From the NCBI RefSeq assembly GCF_964213995.1, contig NC_135808.1, positions 21,638,001-21,702,000 of the forward strand: a stretch of DNA of 64,000 nucleotides, written 5' to 3'. The position numbers and the translations under genes were made by a program. The stretch comes from Mustelus asterias (lineage: Eukaryota). Under the pieces are notes generated by a model. The model searched no databases. It saw only the letters and a list, made by a program, of their open reading frames with translations, and was not told the origin of the DNA. Positions within the stretch are counted from its first letter, which is position 1. Each line of letters begins with the position of its first letter. Of this stretch, positions 24,740-37,028 are shown piece by piece.

Positions 24740-25200
24740 GTTTAAAGGGCTGTATTAACTTGATGACTGTACCGATTTTAGTATCTGTTTGAGAGTCTGC
24801 ATTAGTTTGAAGGACTGTTTTAAGTTGAGGGATTATAAGTTAAGGGACTGTCGCAGTTTGAATAGAGTGCTGATACCTGCAGTTTCTCATTTTTTGTGAG
24901 ACATTCTCTGTTGTTTCTAAGCAATTCCAATCGTCTCGACTACCACTAATCATTGCAGCATGAGACACATTTGAGGGAATGTATTAGTTTGAACGACTGT
25001 CACAGTTGAGGGACTGTACCAGTTTGAGAGAATGTATTGGTTTGAACGGCGGTACCAGTTTGGGGACTGTATTAGTTTGTGGGACTGTACTAGTTTTAGG
25101 GAAGGTCACAGCTGAAGGACTGTATCAATTTGAGAGAACGTATTAGTTTCAGGGAATGTACCAATTTGAGGGACTGTCTTAGTTTGAGTTGAGGGAAAGT
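24740..25200. repeat. Degenerate ~18-19-bp tandem repeat
   Basis: Recurring GGGACTGTA(TT/CC)AGTTTGA units. Confidence 0.7.
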
Positions 25201-25270
25201 ATTCTTTTCAGAATCCATCAAGAAAAGGTCCCCATCTGAATTATTGAACAGACTGGTCAGAGTTAAAGAA

Positions 25271-25812
25271 CAGTAAGAAGTCTCACAACACCAGGTTAAA
25301 GTCCAACAGGTTTATTTGGCAGCACAAGCTTTCGGAGTCTCAGGCTCCTTCTCCAGGTGAGTGAGGTGTTGTGTTCACAAACAGGGCATATAAAGACACA
25401 AACTCAATTTACAAGATAATGGTTGGAATGTGAGTCTTTACAGGTAATCAAGTCTTAATCAATGTGAGTGGAGAGAGGGCCAAGCACAGGTTAAAGAGAT
25501 GTGTATTGTCTCCAACTAGAACAGTGAGTGAGATTTTGCAAGCCCAGGCAAGTTGTGGGGGTTACAGAAAGTGTGACATGAGCCCAAGATCCCGGTTGAG
25601 GCCGTCCTCATGTGTGCAGAACTTTACTATCAGTTTCTGTTCAGCTTGTTTGTGTCTGTATATGCCCTGTTTGTGAACACAACTTCTCAATCACCTGAAG
25701 AAGGAGTCTGAGACTCCGAAAGCTAGGGCCAAATAAACCTGTTGGACTTTAACCTGGTGTTGTGAGACTTCTTATTGTGCTTACCCCAGTCCAATGCCAG
25801 CATTTCTGTATC
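25271..25812 (-). mobile_element. Penelope-like element 3' fragment with inverted pseudo-LTR
   Basis: Minus strand carries the last ORF codons (AEQKLI..THEDGLNRDLG, as at 38200-38275) and the pLTR; 25646-25812 is an inverted pLTR copy. Confidence 0.85.
25692..25728 (+). ncRNA. Minimal hammerhead ribozyme motif in Penelope pLTR
   Basis: CAC-CUGAAGA-A-GGAGU-CUGAG-ACUCC-GAAAGCUA-GGG: intact core, 5-bp stem II, imperfect stem I. Confidence 0.7.
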
Positions 25813-26181
25813 AAAGAAGGCAGCCACATCTCAGAGTGCACTGGAGCAGTTCTGAGCAGACAGCTCATATTTGAAATGTAAATGTTAAATAGACACAGCA
25901 GAGTGAGGTGGTCAGTGTAATAGTGTGAGATCTGGGGAAGGACATGATGGTGTTTAAATTAAGAACACCACAGCTAGAGAATAGTGCCTCCAATTTCCAT
26001 TAGTTGGTTAGTGTGATTAAAAGTGATCAGTCTTTAGGGTTTACCAATGTAATCTCAGTTTTAAATATGTTCTCTCACAACAGAGTTAACTCAGCTGTTG
26101 CAATGTGCTGACTTGTTTTTTATGGAGAAACTGTATTGAAAGGTGTTGTAATCTCAATGTCCCCATGGAGATCCCACAATG

Positions 26182-26188
26182 TATAAAA
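26182..26188 (+). promoter_or_regulatory. TATA box candidate of GPCR gene B
   Basis: TATAAAA starting 90 nt upstream of the ATG at 26272. Confidence 0.5.
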
Positions 26189-26271
26189 GACACAGCAAAT
26201 ATAACACCCAAGTGTTTAATTCAGAGAGATTGTCTGCACCACCAAGGACACATCACACCATCCAGAAAAAT

Positions 26272-26335
26272 ATGGAACAATTTCAAAGGATTCTAAAAAT
26301 TTACTACACAATTCTTGCTGTCATTGGTGTACCTG
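26272..26335 (+). CDS. Class A GPCR (GPR139/GPR142-like) gene B, exon 1
   Basis: MEQFQRILKIYYTILAVIGVP then G|GTAAG phase-1 donor; same intron position as gene A. Confidence 0.85.
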
Positions 26336-27639
26336 GTAAGTGACTGTGAACACTGAAGTTGTGCAAATCTGTGTGTGTTTTGGTTTCTAATTTTACTGTG
26401 TAATTGATAATGTTCCACACTGATCTACTGACACCCGATCAGTGAGATCATTTGGTTAAGCGCATAGCTGAGTCAGACATCAGTACAGGCAACAGAAAGG
26501 AGTGATATTCCTGGACATTTGTCCTTCATGTGGGTCACTACCCAGAGAAAATTGGTTTTATTTTATGTACAGTTTGTGGTGACTGATCTCTCCACCTCGT
26601 GGACCTGTTTCTGTGTTTCTGAATGTCACCAGTGACCAGTGAGAACATTTTTTTTGTTGTTGGCTGAACATGTTTGTGAATAAATGTATACAATGAAATG
26701 AAATTGATATTGTTCAGTCTCCGCTGGAACTGCTCCAAAAGAAAGAAATGTTACAGGCAGTTAAATATCAGGACCAGATGGTTACTGCATTCAAACCCTC
26801 TCGATGACTTACTCTCACACTCAGTATAGTTCCTGTAAACACTTTATTTGTTTCACTGCTGTTTAATCCCCTTCCCTCAACTCAGCCTTGAGAATTTTTG
26901 GTCATGAATGTTTCTTATTTTTTATATATTGGTCTTCACATGAGGTGAATTTTGAACTGTGGTCACTGAATTATCCACTTCTGTAACTGATGGATGTTTG
27001 ACAGACCAGTAATTACCTAGAATCTGAGTCTCTACACACATAACTTACACCGATCTCTGGTTTTTAGCTCAGCAAAGGCCATCCACTCAAGAGGAGATAG
27101 TTATGACTGAAGAATATAGGTGCTGGTTTTCATAAAGCAGAAATTAGTTGGGAGGCAGTAAATATGAACATTAATAAACTGCTAGTAATTAAATAAATAA
27201 AGCAGTTCCTAATTAATAAACCACTTCAATATTTGCGAAGTGATGAAACGGCTGTTGATTGTGATTAATTGTTAATTACATAGGGCCACGTTGAAGAGTA
27301 GCTCATGGACAAACCATTCAACCTGTGACATGTTCCACAGTTCCCTTCACCCATCTCTCTTCATTAAACCCAATGAGCACGGCTTTCTGCTGCTCTGTAC
27401 TGAATGTTTTTCCTGAATTGCCCTGAAGTTACTCCATGCTATTCATATTAACTGCCCCAAGTGGTCATGAACTCCACATTCTATGAGTAGATATTTTTCT
27501 CCTGTACACGTTTTTGGATTTATCAGTGACGGTACTATTTTACTGATACTTAATCTCAGAGCACCCATCAATTGAAGATATCTTCTCAATGGCCACCTTA
27601 TCGAATGCATTCATAATTTAACAGCCTCTGTCGATCTTG

Positions 27640-27772
27640 AGGTGGAGATGCTGGCGTTGGACTAGGCTGGGCACATTAACAAGTCTCACAACACCAGGCT
27701 AAAGTCCAACAGGTTTATTTGGAATCACGAGCTTTCGGAGCGCTGCTCCTTCATCACCTGATGAAGGAGCAC
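27640..27772 (-). mobile_element. Penelope pLTR fragment with fold-back junction
   Basis: GTGGAGATGCTGGCGTTGGACT..AAAGTCCAACAGGTTTATTTGG..GCTTTCGGAGCGCTGCTCCTTCATCA followed by CCTGATGAAGGAGC. Confidence 0.75.
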
Positions 27773-28450
27773 TATAGAAGGAGCTTGTTTTTATTCATTC
27801 ATGGCATGTGTGCATCACTGGTTGGGCCAGCATTTATTGCCCATCCCTCATTGCCATTGAGCTATATGCTCTTTCAAGGGCAGTTAAGAGTCAAGGGTCA
27901 GCATTTTGCTGTGGATCTGGAGTCACATGCTAATTTCCTCACTTAAAGCATATCGACAATCCACAATGCTTTCATGAATACCAGATTTTTGTTGACTGCA
28001 GATTTCACCATTTGCCGTCCACCAGAGCATTGGCCTAGGTCTCTGGATGACAGTGAATGCAGCAATGCATCAACATCTTCCCAGAGGTCCAGTAGAGTTC
28101 TGCTGAACCGATTTCTGGGGTGGCAGCCTTGTCCAATGAAGAGAGCTTGAGGAGACTCTCTTGAATTTAGAAGAATAAGACTAAACAGGCTGGCAGGATG
28201 TCTAATTAAGCTGGGGGAGACTGTGCTGTACCCTCTTGAATTTAGAAGAATAAGAGGTGTACACACTGGGACATCTTTGCATGGGAGTTGCTATGGGAAG
28301 CCAATCAATCCCAGCACTGCTGCTTTTTTGAAGGATATGTAAGGGATATTTCTTCCAGCTCTACTCAGCTCCACACCGTCCATTCTGTTTTCTGGTGTCT
28401 TGAGGGCTGTCTTGATTCCACTTCATTCTTTCACCCAGAACTGAAACAAT

Positions 28451-29555
28451 GATCACGATTCTCCCAAAAGTGCTGAATTGGTGGGAAAACTGTTCTAAAT
28501 CCCGGCAGTTCTGTCAGTTCAGCTTCTCACCTGAATCTCCGCACTCTGTGCACAGCAGAAGTCCCAGTCATGAATCTCATTAAAGTTGCAGGGGGGCGGG
28601 GCCAGTTCACGCCGGAGTTTGACATTTCTGGAGCTCTGCGCATGTGCAGTGGCCCCGATCTGTCAGACTCCCCACTTGCTGGCCAACTCAATCGCTGGCC
28701 AGCCCGGGACCCCCACAGTGCTACCCCTCCAGCACCTTCCATGGCCCAATCACGGCCCCCACAACAATTCCCGGGCCAGCCTTGATCCCCCCGACCTGGA
28801 GCGCCCTGATGTACAGCCCATTCCCCCCCCCCCCCCACCAGCAGTGGTGATCCCCCCACCTCCCTCACCCTGGCAGAACCCCCCCCACTGCTGACCCTCC
28901 CCCCCCCGCATCAGACCCCCCCCCCCCACCCCCCGGAGGCCCCCCCCCAGGCAGATCACCCCCCGCCCCCCACCCAGCCCGCCCCAATCGCTGCCCTCTC
29001 TCCATTCCAGACCGATCCTGTCTGCAGAGTGGCAGCTTCTCCCCAGGACCTGCCCACAATAGGCCCCACCCCATTGACACTACCCATGCCTGATGGGCAA
29101 TGTCAAGGTGCTCCATGGGCATGGGCACTTTGCCCCTTGAGCAGTGCCAGGGGCCACAGGCTGCCACTGTCAAGGGGCACCATCCCCCCGCCGCCCGACC
29201 TCCTGGGGGGGCTCCAATAGCCCCCCCCCCCTTCATTTCAGCGGGGTCTCTCGCTAGTTCCCTGAACATAGGGAGCTGGTGTAAACCCCCCCCCCCCCCC
29301 CCCCGAATGAAGTACTCCTGGCGGGGTGAGAGATTCAATCGGGACCTGAAAATTCCCGATGATTAGATTGAAAATACATTTAAGACGTATTAAAAGCAGA
29401 TTCGAATGACTTACCTGCCTTCCCGCCAGTTTCCAGCGTGGTCTGACCGGCTCTGGGAGATGCGCCTGCGCAAATCCCGGTACAAGGCCGGCGACGCGCA
29501 TCTCCCACCACGGCCCGCCAGAAATGTTGCGGTTCACGACGGGAAAATCGCGGCC
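28451..29555. mobile_element. GC-rich non-autonomous PIF/Harbinger-like DNA transposon
   Basis: Imperfect 15-bp TIRs (11/15) GATCACGATTCTCCC / GGGAAAATCGCGGCC flanked by AAT on both sides; poly-C tracts inside. Confidence 0.65.
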
Positions 29556-29618
29556 AATGATTCGTCACATTGCTGTTAATGTCCCGCAGCTCCTTCATCT
29601 TCACATTGTAAGATTTTG

Positions 29619-29950
29619 GGGCGGCACGGTAGCACAGTGGTTAGCACTGCTGCCTCACAGCTCCAGGGACCTGGGTTCGATTCCCGGCTTGGGTCACTAT
29701 CTGTGTGGAGTTTGCACATTCTCCTCGTGTCTGCGTGCGTTTCCTCCGGGTGCTCCGGTTTCCTCCCACAGTCCAGAGATGTGTGGGTTAGGTTGATTGG
29801 CCATGCTAAAATTGCCCCTTAGTGTCCTGAGATGCGTCGGTCAGAGGGATTAGCGGGTAAATATGGAGGGATATGGGGATAGGGCCTGGGTGGGATTGTG
29901 GTCGGTGTAGACTCGATGAGTCGAATGGCCTCTTTCTGCACTGTAGAATT
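29619..29950 (+). mobile_element. HE1/V-SINE (CR1-type tail)
   Basis: Full-length family pattern. Confidence 0.9.
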
Positions 29951-30302
29951 TCAGGATGTCAGAGGCACATAAAAGAGGCAACAGAGCATTTGTCTGTCAT
30001 CTCAAAGTAGTTTATTAAGTCTGTTAAGAAGTAACAGTTGAGAGAGAATGCATTCGCTAAATATACAGGACAAGCTTATTATCGATGACAGGCGAGGCCG
30101 GCTCATTGATCCCAGAGGTCGAACCGATGATTGGCATGGACTGAGTTGGTCTCAGTGCTTGTGGTAATAGCATTCTGCCCTCTAGAGGAAATGTCAGGCG
30201 ACTTTTCATTTGGAGGTTCTCCTTCTTCCCAGGTTCATTGTCCATCTGACAGCGTTTGCCTGCTGAGGACTTACACGTGAAGGGGGCCGCCCCTTGTTCG
30301 TA

Positions 30303-30596
30303 GGATAGAATCCCCACTGTGCAAAGGAGGCCACTTGGCCCATTGAGTCTGCACCGAACACAACCCCACCCAGGTCATATTCCCGTAACCCCACGTATTT
30401 ACGCTGCTAATCCCCCTGACATTAGGGGCAATTTAGCATGGCCAATCCACCGAACCCCCACATCTTTGGAGTGTGGGAGGAAACCAGAGCACGCGGAGGA
30501 AACCCAGGCAGACACAGGGAGAACATGCAGACTCCGCACAGACAGAGACCCAAGCCGGAAATCGAACCAGTGCTTACCACTGTGCCACTGTGCCGC
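30303..30596 (-). mobile_element. HE1/V-SINE (CR1-type tail)
   Basis: Reverse-complement family pattern with small deletions. Confidence 0.85.
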
Positions 30597-32383
30597 CCTT
30601 GTTGTCCGGGTGCTTATTAATATACTTTACAGGGCTTGTAATTTACCAAGTGTTCGACCACGTGCTGGAGAGAGCAATCTATGTGGCCTTTATCTTTACC
30701 TTGTCTTACTCAATGACTCCTTTGACTTTTTTATGTTTTCTTCACACAGAAAGTTAGCTTCAAGTTCGACACAATTCTGAAATATACCATTTATATATTA
30801 CCCTTACATATCTTTCAACACAGTCCCCCCACAGGACAAAGATGTGCAAATTAGGTGAATTGGTCATGATAAATTTCCCCTCAGTGTACACGAACAGGCA
30901 CCGGACTGTGGCGACTAGGGAATTTTCACAGTAATTTCATTGCAGTGTTAATATAAGATAACTTGTGATTAATAAATAAACTTTAACTTTAATAAAAGAT
31001 CCCTGTTTCACACAACCAGTTCTATCTCTGAAGCTTCCCTTCCTTGACTTCCCTATCTCCTTATCAGAGCATGACTGTGCAACAATGTCTATTATAAATC
31101 CACTGAGCCCCCCTGCTTAATTAGACATCCTCCCAGCCTGCTTCTTAGAGGAAGTCCATTTCCATCCTCCCTTTAGCTCAGTCTCTGTTCCAGCTTTTCC
31201 AGTGATACCACCTCCCACAACACGACTTCCTCAGATGTCACGTTGTTTCAAAGGGACCTTAACAATGCCAATCACTTTTTGCATGTTCCTGGCATCATGC
31301 CTTTCCCTTCCTGCCAGGATACCCTTTACCCTCATTTTGCACATTTTACCAACCTTCCTCTGCCTCTTCCTGTATCAATCCTGGTGCAAACACATGTTCC
31401 TCTCACTCTCCTGCTTCTGTCTCTTGCATAGAAACATAGAAATACAGAGAATAGGAGCAGGAGGAGGCCATTTGCCCATTCATGCCTGCTCCACCTTTCA
31501 TTTTGTTCATGGCTGATCATCCAACTCAATAGCTGTATCCTGCCTTGTCCCCATTTCTTTTCATTCCCTTCGCCACAAGTGTTATATCTAACTGCTTCTT
31601 AAAAACATACAATGTTTTGGCCTCAGCTACTTAATGTGTTAGCGAATTCCACAGGCTGACTACTCCCTGAGTGAAGACCTTTCTCCTCATCTCTGTCCTC
31701 TGACCGTCAGAATGCTGGATAATCATGGAGGAGGCCTTGTTGTCTATCCTTACTGATTGCGGTCTGTGGGTTCAGACGTCCAGGATCCAGTCACGAAGGG
31801 AGGAGCTGAGCCCGAGGCAACGGAGTTTGGAGATGAGTTTTGTTGGGGTAATGCTGTTGAAGGCTGAGCTGTAGTCGATAAAAAAGAGCCTGACCTAAGT
31901 GGCCTTCTTGTCCAGGTGTTCTAGGGTTGAGTGTATGGCCAGGGAAATTGTGTCTGCTGTGGACCTGTTGCGTTGATAGGTGAACTAGGAGGTTGCAAGC
32001 CTGATCATAATATTGAGGATGATTAAATATTCACTGCCCTCCAGTCAACGCTCCCTCCCTTCCCCACCCTCCGCACCCCTCCAGCATTAAATTAGAAAAT
32101 GGTTAGACTTAGGTTGGGTTTATTGACCCTCCCCGTCCCTCCTCCCCCCTCCCCCACTGAACCTGAAAATCATCAAATTTGGGTTTGGATGAATTTGCTC
32201 CACAACCACTCTCCAACCCCCTCCCCCTCCCCCCCACCCCCCTCCTTTCCAGTCCCCATTGAAGGTCGATACGTTCAATTCTAGGTTGGTCTTGGTTGCT
32301 GATTGATTGATTGCCCCTGACTCCAACAATCAGACAAACAGAATCTCTGCATGATAATTTCCATTCTCATTTCTCTCTTACAG

Positions 32384-33297
32384 TTAACTTTGCTGCGATA
32401 TTGATTCTGTCCCGGGGCAGGTGCGGCCTCTCAACTTGCACCACTCGTTACCTGGTGGCCATGGCAACAGCGGATCGACTGTTCATTATCAGTTCAGTCT
32501 TACTCTATCGGATAGGTCCTTATTATTTCCCTGTATCTGTCCTAGAAATCACTCCTGTATGTTGTGTTACCTTTGTACTGCTTTTTGCAACCACAGAATG
32601 TTCTGTCTGGTTCACCGTCACTTTTTCCGTTGATCGATTTGTGGCCATTTGTTGCCAGCAGCTGAAAACAAAATATTGCACCAAGAGAACCGCAACTGCC
32701 ATTCTTTCAACAACCAGCATTCTGCTGTGTTTAAAGAATGTTCCCTCCTACTTTAGATTTGAACCCGAAGAGGTAATCGACAATGTTCCCTGGTTTTGCA
32801 AAGATAAGCAAAGCTATTATACTGATCCAGGATGGGTGGGATTTGACAGGTTTGGAAAGGTTTTAACCCCGTTTCTCCCATATGTTTCAATTCTGTTGCT
32901 CAACAGCCTGACGGTCAGATACATTTTAGTGACTAGTCGAGTCCGTAAGGGACTGAGGGGTCAGAGCAAGGGAGAGAATCACAGTGACACAGAGATGGAA
33001 AGCAGGAGGAAGTCTGTGATTTTACTCTTCACCATATCCGGCAGTTTCATACTCCTGTGGCTTTTATATGTTACAAATTTCTTATATTATACAATTACAG
33101 GAATGAACTCTGAATCTTACAGTGATTCTCTATATGTCTTTGCAGAAGTTTCAGTGATGCTGGTGGATTTAAATTGTTGCACAAACACATTTATTTATGC
33201 AGTCACTCAGTCCAAATTCAGGGAGCAGTTAAAGCATGCGGTGAAATATCCAGTTTCATCAATTATTCAATTCATTAATCAATCAAAGAACAACTGA
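32384..33297 (+). CDS. GPCR gene B, exon 2 (rest of TM1 to stop); spliced product 325 aa
   Basis: Pyrimidine tract and cAG acceptor ending at 32383; open frame with YLVAMATAD, SVWFTV..DRFVAIC, PWFC, TM5-TM7, NCCTNTFIY; 64+914 nt = 326 codons. Confidence 0.93.
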
Positions 33298-33604
33298 GAA
33301 AAACCTAGAAGAGGGCCAGTGTCACTATTCCATGAAGATATCATTTATCCCCAGACTTCCATCAAAAGAATGACAACTGGAATTACCAAAAATCTAATAA
33401 ATACCCAAGTCATGACAGAGTATAGATGAGGTTTGGAGGGGAATGAGAAGTGTCAGAGCACCCCCTCAGCACAAGAGGAGGAAACAACAGCCACAGTCAG
33501 TCCCCAGCCTCCGCACATGCAGTTCTCATCTCCTCAGATCAGCTCAGAAAGAAAAATACATTTGGAAAAGCCAAATACCCCAAATGCTGAAGTTTTCCTG
33601 TGTC

Positions 33605-33610
33605 AATAAA
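33605..33610 (+). terminator. Polyadenylation signal candidate for GPCR gene B
   Basis: First AATAAA seen after the stop, about 310 nt downstream. Confidence 0.55.
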
Positions 33611-34659
33611 CCATAATGTGTATCAACTAATTTAGAAACATTTTATTGATTCTCCTTTCATTCCCACACTGAATTCCCTCCAGCAAACCTTCGCTCTCTT
33701 CCTCCCTTCTGATGTGTGTTTTTAGTTGCACCAGCTCTATTCTAGGGCTTGTGCAGAGAGACGGAACCATGTGTGAGAGAGCTGGGACAGAGGATCCGAA
33801 TACCCCAGCGTCTCAGATCAACGGCTGCTTGGATGGATGGGGCCGAGTCCCTTCCCTGGTTTTCAAGCAATTGTCAACTTGTTCTCTGTCCACTGCTTCT
33901 TTACATCACCACTCGCATAGAAATCAAAGAAAAATATATCCTTGATCTCTCTGCCGAAATCCGCCACGGAAATTGAGGGACATGGATGGAGTGCAGGACT
34001 GTTGCGATGGACGTCCAGCCGTGATCCTTCTGAGTAATGGAACAGATTAAAGGGGCCAAGTGACCTCCTCTCTCTGGATTCAACATCATGTTCGACTCGA
34101 AACGTCAGCTCTATTTCTTGCTCCATGCACTCTGCCAGAGTTTATCCAACACTTCCTGTTCTTTAATTCAGTTATCCAGCCACCGCAATATTTCCCTTTA
34201 ACCGTTATGCTTTTGGATTAACTTTCAGTTATCAAATATCTTTATTTTAATAAAAACGGTCCAGGTTGCATCACAGAAATGGATTATCTAACATAATATC
34301 AAAGTGCACAAGGAGATATTTGGGCAGGTGACCAAGACGGTGGTCAGAGATTTACCTTTTAGGGTAGTGTTAATGTGGGGCTGAGAAAGATAGAGGAATA
34401 GCGCGGAATCTTATCGGCACGCCTGCTGGTGGGATGTTCCCGTCCAGCCGGACACAATTGGCATTTAGAGACATAAAGTCATAGAAATTTAGAGCAGGGA
34501 AACAGGCCCTTTGGCCCAACTTGTCCATGCCGCCCTTTTTTAACCACTAAGCTAGTCCCAATTGCCCGCTTTCGGCCCATATCCCTCTACATCCGTCTTA
34601 CCCATGTAACTGTCTTGATGCTTTTTAAAAGACAAAATTGTACCCGCCTCTACGACTAT

Positions 34660-35595
34660 GTGAGGACAAAATGTAATATTTCCAATTTCACAGACAACAC
34701 AAAGCTAGGTGGGAATGTGTGCTGTGAGGAAGATTTAAAGCAGCTACAGGAGGATTTGGGCAGAATTAGTAAGTGAACAAGAACATGGCAGATGGAATGT
34801 AATGTGGAAAAATGTGAGATAATCCATTTTGGTAGAAGGAATAGATGTGCAGAGCATTTCCTGAATGGTAAGAAATTAGAAAGTGCAGATATACAAAGGG
34901 ACTTGAATGTTCTTGTCCATGGGTCACTGAAGGCTAGCAGTCAGATGCAGCAAGTTATCAGGAAGACTTATGGAATGTTAGCCTTTAACACAAGATGATT
35001 TGAGTACAGGATTAATGAGGTCTTGCTTCAATATTGTAGAAGATTGGTTCGACCATACCTGGAGTACTGTTTGCAATTCTGGTCCCCTTACCTCAGAAAG
35101 AATATTATTGCCACAGCGGGAGTGCAACCAGACTTGTTCAGGGGATAACAGAACTGTCTTGTAAAGAGAGATTGGGCAAACTGGGCCTGTATTCTCGAGA
35201 GTTTCGAAGAATGAGAAGTAATCTCAATGAAGCCTACAAAAATACTGAAAGGAATAGACAGGGTAGATGCAGATAAGATGTTACCCCTTTATTGGGGAGT
35301 CTAGGAAAAGCATCCACAATGACAAAATAAAGGGGATAGTACTTAGAACAGAGATGAGAAATTTCTTGACGCAGATGGTTGTGAGTCTTTGGAATTCTCT
35401 ACCTCAGAGGGCAATGGAAGCTCAATCATTGTGTACGCTTAAGGTAGAGATTGATAGATTTCTCATCAAGAATAAAGTAAATGTTATGGGGATAGTGGGA
35501 GTAAAAAGCACTGGAGTGTCCAATCCCGCCTTGATCATATAAAATGGCTGGCAGGTTCGACAGGCTGAATGGTCGACTCCTGTTCCTATGTTCAT
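34660..35595 (+). mobile_element. Degraded CR1 3' fragment
   Basis: NVEKCEIIHFG, QRDL.VLVH, VVSLWNSLPQ and CR1-type 3' UTR. Confidence 0.88.
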
Positions 35596-35779
35596 CTTTT
35601 CCAATACGGAAGAAGGTCTGCGCTGGAGGAAGTCCAGAGATAGCGGGAAGGGGTGAGTTCCAATGCAAACTGGATACAAATCCCAGTTTTTCTGTGTTGA
35701 GTTACTATGTAAATTAAAGTGAACAGAATAATTAATAAGTCCACTACCTCACATATAATAGCCGCATAGTTTGGCCATC

Positions 35780-36070
35780 CCCATCTCCTCTCTCCTTTCT
35801 TCCTCCCCAGTACATAGCTTCCCAATCCCCCCTCTCACATTTTTCTCCTGGATATTCTGTGTCCCTTTTATTTCCCCATCTCTTCCTTCTCAGAAACGTT
35901 CCTCCATTTTCCTCAGCAATTCCCGATCCTAAATCCCTTCCCATTCCTAGTTAGCCATTTGCTCCCTCCTTCCTCCTCCCATTCTTCCTTCTCATTACCC
36001 CTCCAGATTTCCCCATCCACATCTCACCTCTCCCATTCCCCATTCCCTTTTGCCATTTTCCCTCCCCATT
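35780..36070. repeat. Polypyrimidine/polypurine low-complexity tract
   Basis: Strongly C/T-biased plus strand over about 290 nt. Confidence 0.7.
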
Positions 36071-36074
36071 CTGG

Positions 36075-36602
36075 TCACCCTATTATAGCAAGGATATCAT
36101 TAAACCAGAAAGAGTGCAGAAAAGATTTACTCGGATGCTACCAGGACTTGATGGTTTGAGTTATAAGGAGAGGCTGGATAGACTGGGACTTTTTTCTCTG
36201 GAGCGTAGGAGGCTGAGGGGTGATCTTATAGAGGTCTATAAAATAATGAGGGGCACAGATCAGCAAGATAGTCAATATCTTTTCCCAAAGGTAGGGGAGT
36301 CTAAAACTAAAGGGCATCGGTTTAAGGTGAGAGGGGAGAGATACAAAAGTGTCCAGAAGGGCAATATCTTCACACAGCGGGTGGTGAGTGTCTGGAACAA
36401 GCTGCCAGAGGTAATAGTAGAGGCGGATACAATTTTGTCTTTTAAAAAGCATTTAGATAGTTACATGGGTAAGATGTGTATAGAGGGATATGGGCCAAAT
36501 GCGGGCAATTGGGATTGGCTTAGGGGTTTAAAAAAAAAGGGCGGCATGGACAAGTTGGGCTGAAGGGCCTGTTTCCATGCTGTAAACATCTATGACTCTA
36601 TA
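36075..36602 (+). mobile_element. CR1 3' fragment
   Basis: ORF 36114-36563 RFTRMLPG..RRLRGDLIEVYKI..QRVVSVWNKLP. Confidence 0.92.
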
Positions 36603-36714
36603 TCCCATTCACAAACTGCATCCCCATCCTCAGTCACCTGGTCAAAATCTGCCCCATAGATAATTATGGACCGAGAGGACTCACACGAGCGCCACAGTGG
36701 CACAGTGGAGGGCA

Positions 36715-37025
36715 CCACGTTGGTACAGTGATTACGCTGCTGCCTCACAGGGATCTGGGTTCGATTCCCTGCTTGGGTCACTGTCTGTGTGGGGTTTTCA
36801 CATTTTCCCCGTGTCTGCGTGGGTTTCCTCCGGGTGTTCCGGTTTCCTCCCCCAGTCCAAAGATATGCAGGTTAGGTGGATTGGCCATACTAAATTGCCC
36901 TTTAGTATCAGGGTGACTAGCTAGGGTGAATGCATTGGGTTGTGGGGATAGGGCCTGGGTGAGATTGTAGTCAGTGCAGGCCGGATGGGCCGAATGGCCT
37001 CCTTCTGCACTGTCGGATTCTATGA
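36715..37025 (+). mobile_element. HE1/V-SINE (CR1-type tail)
   Basis: Family pattern. Confidence 0.85.
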
Positions 37026-37028
37026 CCC

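Noticed and set aside
26538-26738. Antisense ORF starting MEQFQR, same as GPCR gene B exon 1
   Set aside because: Starts at TTG, only 12/18 nucleotides match and similarity ends at once; coincidence
28527-29604. Many overlapping Gly/Pro-rich ORFs (also 20204-21093 and 14565-14873)
   Set aside because: Arise from GC-rich, stop-poor transposon interiors and homopolymer runs
32311-32383. ORF-track N-terminus MPLTPTIRQ.. of the 328-aa GPCR
   Set aside because: Intronic sequence upstream of the acceptor with a TTG start; the real N-terminus is the 26272-26335 exon
35680-35790. Minus-strand hydrophobic stretch PNYAAIICEVVDLLIILFTLIYIVTQHRK as the missing class I TM exon
   Set aside because: Contains Glu and Asp mid-helix, is preceded by a purine-rich tract instead of a splice acceptor and has no clear donor; likely chance translation of AT-rich DNA
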